Assembly: GCF_018350175.1 (NCBI RefSeq)
Contig: NC_058368.1
Coordinates: 75,270,001 to 75,334,000 of the forward strand
DNA from: Felis catus
Taxonomy: Eukaryota
Direction: 5' to 3'
Length of the DNA stretch: 64,000 nt
Every line of letters starts with the position of its first letter. The first letter of the stretch is position 1. A model generated the notes under the pieces. The model was not told where the DNA came from. It made no database searches and saw only the letters and a list, made by a program, of their open reading frames with translations. Made by a program: the position numbers and the translations under genes. Positions 63,070 through 64,000 of the stretch are shown here, piece after piece.

Positions 63070-63414
63070 CGTCTCAGTCCATTCAGGCTGCCATCACAAA
63101 ATATCACGGACCAGGCAGCTTGCAAATAACAGAATTTTATTTCTTACAGTTCTGGAGACTGAAGGCCCAAGATCAAGGTCAGCATGACCAGGTGGGGGCC
63201 CTCTTCCAGGCCACAAACTTCTCCCCGGTTGAGGGAAGCAGGGTTGAGGGAGCTCTATGAGGTCTCTGTTAGGGGTATTAATCCTATTCATGAGGGCTCC
63301 ACCCACAGGACCTAAACAGCTCCCAAAGTCCCCAGCTCCTAATCCCATCATCCCATCACCTTTGGGGGTTAGAATTAGGAACTCTGGGGCAACACAAGCA
63401 TTCAGACCACAGGA
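63070..63414 (-). mobile_element. Solo MaLR LTR, MLT1A0-like
   Basis: tctcagtccattcaggctgcc...ttcttacagttctggagactg...aatcctattcatgagggctccacc...cattcagaccac; 5-bp TSD CTGAG on both sides. Confidence 0.9.
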
Positions 63415-64000
63415 CTGAGTCACTCTGTGGCATCGAGGAGCAAATACCAGCAAATCTCAGCCCATCATGTCTCTTTCTCTCTCACCACTAATTAGTTTAG
63501 AAAGGGTAGTGCAGTATACTGCCGATTCTGGTCAGTGAGCTCGTAGGGAAATCTACCAGGGTCTTCCGAAAAAGGACCCCACACACTTCATACAAGGAAC
63601 ACATAGGAACATGGGTGGACCCCTCTTCTGGCAATGTCCAAAGGATGGAGCCTCTACTATGTGGTAAAGTAAAGTGGCTGAAACACCCTTTCTGATCTGC
63701 TCAGGATCTTGCCAACAGGGGAGGACGGTGCAGTGGAAAGAGCTTGCCTGTTCCATGTCACGGTTGAGACTGAATTAACCAACCCTGGACTCCCCGCCAT
63801 CCAGGTTTCTTGTCATATAAGATAATAAAGCTCCTAATAAAGGTCAGACACTTTCACTCAGTTTTTCTCATTTTTTGAGGCCAAAAGTGCCCACATTTTA
63901 CAGAATTGGTAGAGGTTGAATGATGAGGGCATTTAGGAAGTGACAACCTTCAATCTGGGACTGAAAGAGCTGGCAAAACATGCTAGGGAAAAAAAAAATG

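Overview
Mammalian (felid, probably domestic cat or a close relative) non-genic or intronic DNA. No protein-coding gene, RNA gene or CRISPR array is recognisable, and the ORF track is almost entirely SINE-, microsatellite- or chance-derived. I count 35 tRNA-derived carnivore SINEs (CanSINE/SINEC_Fc type), many with target-site duplications (TSDs); 8 belong to a very young subfamily. Older repeats include L1, L2 and MIR fragments, MaLR (MLT1) LTRs, hAT-Charlie MITEs and an ERVL relic (integrase, dUTPase, PPT, LTR16-like LTR) at about 60.1-61.9 kb. The most unusual signal is a heavily decayed Gypsy/Metaviridae-type internal region on the minus strand (about 4.6-7.8 kb). Its residual motifs run gag, protease, integrase with no room for RT/RNase H in between, which is the Gmr1-like domain order. 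A second gag-knuckle/protease fragment lies at about 1.3-1.8 kb. Other points are retrotransposition footprints (two SINEs at one palindromic nick site, a 28-bp TSD, nested insertions) and unverified exon and enhancer candidates. All family names come from recalled consensus sequences read by eye, not database searches. I see no intact novel gene system.
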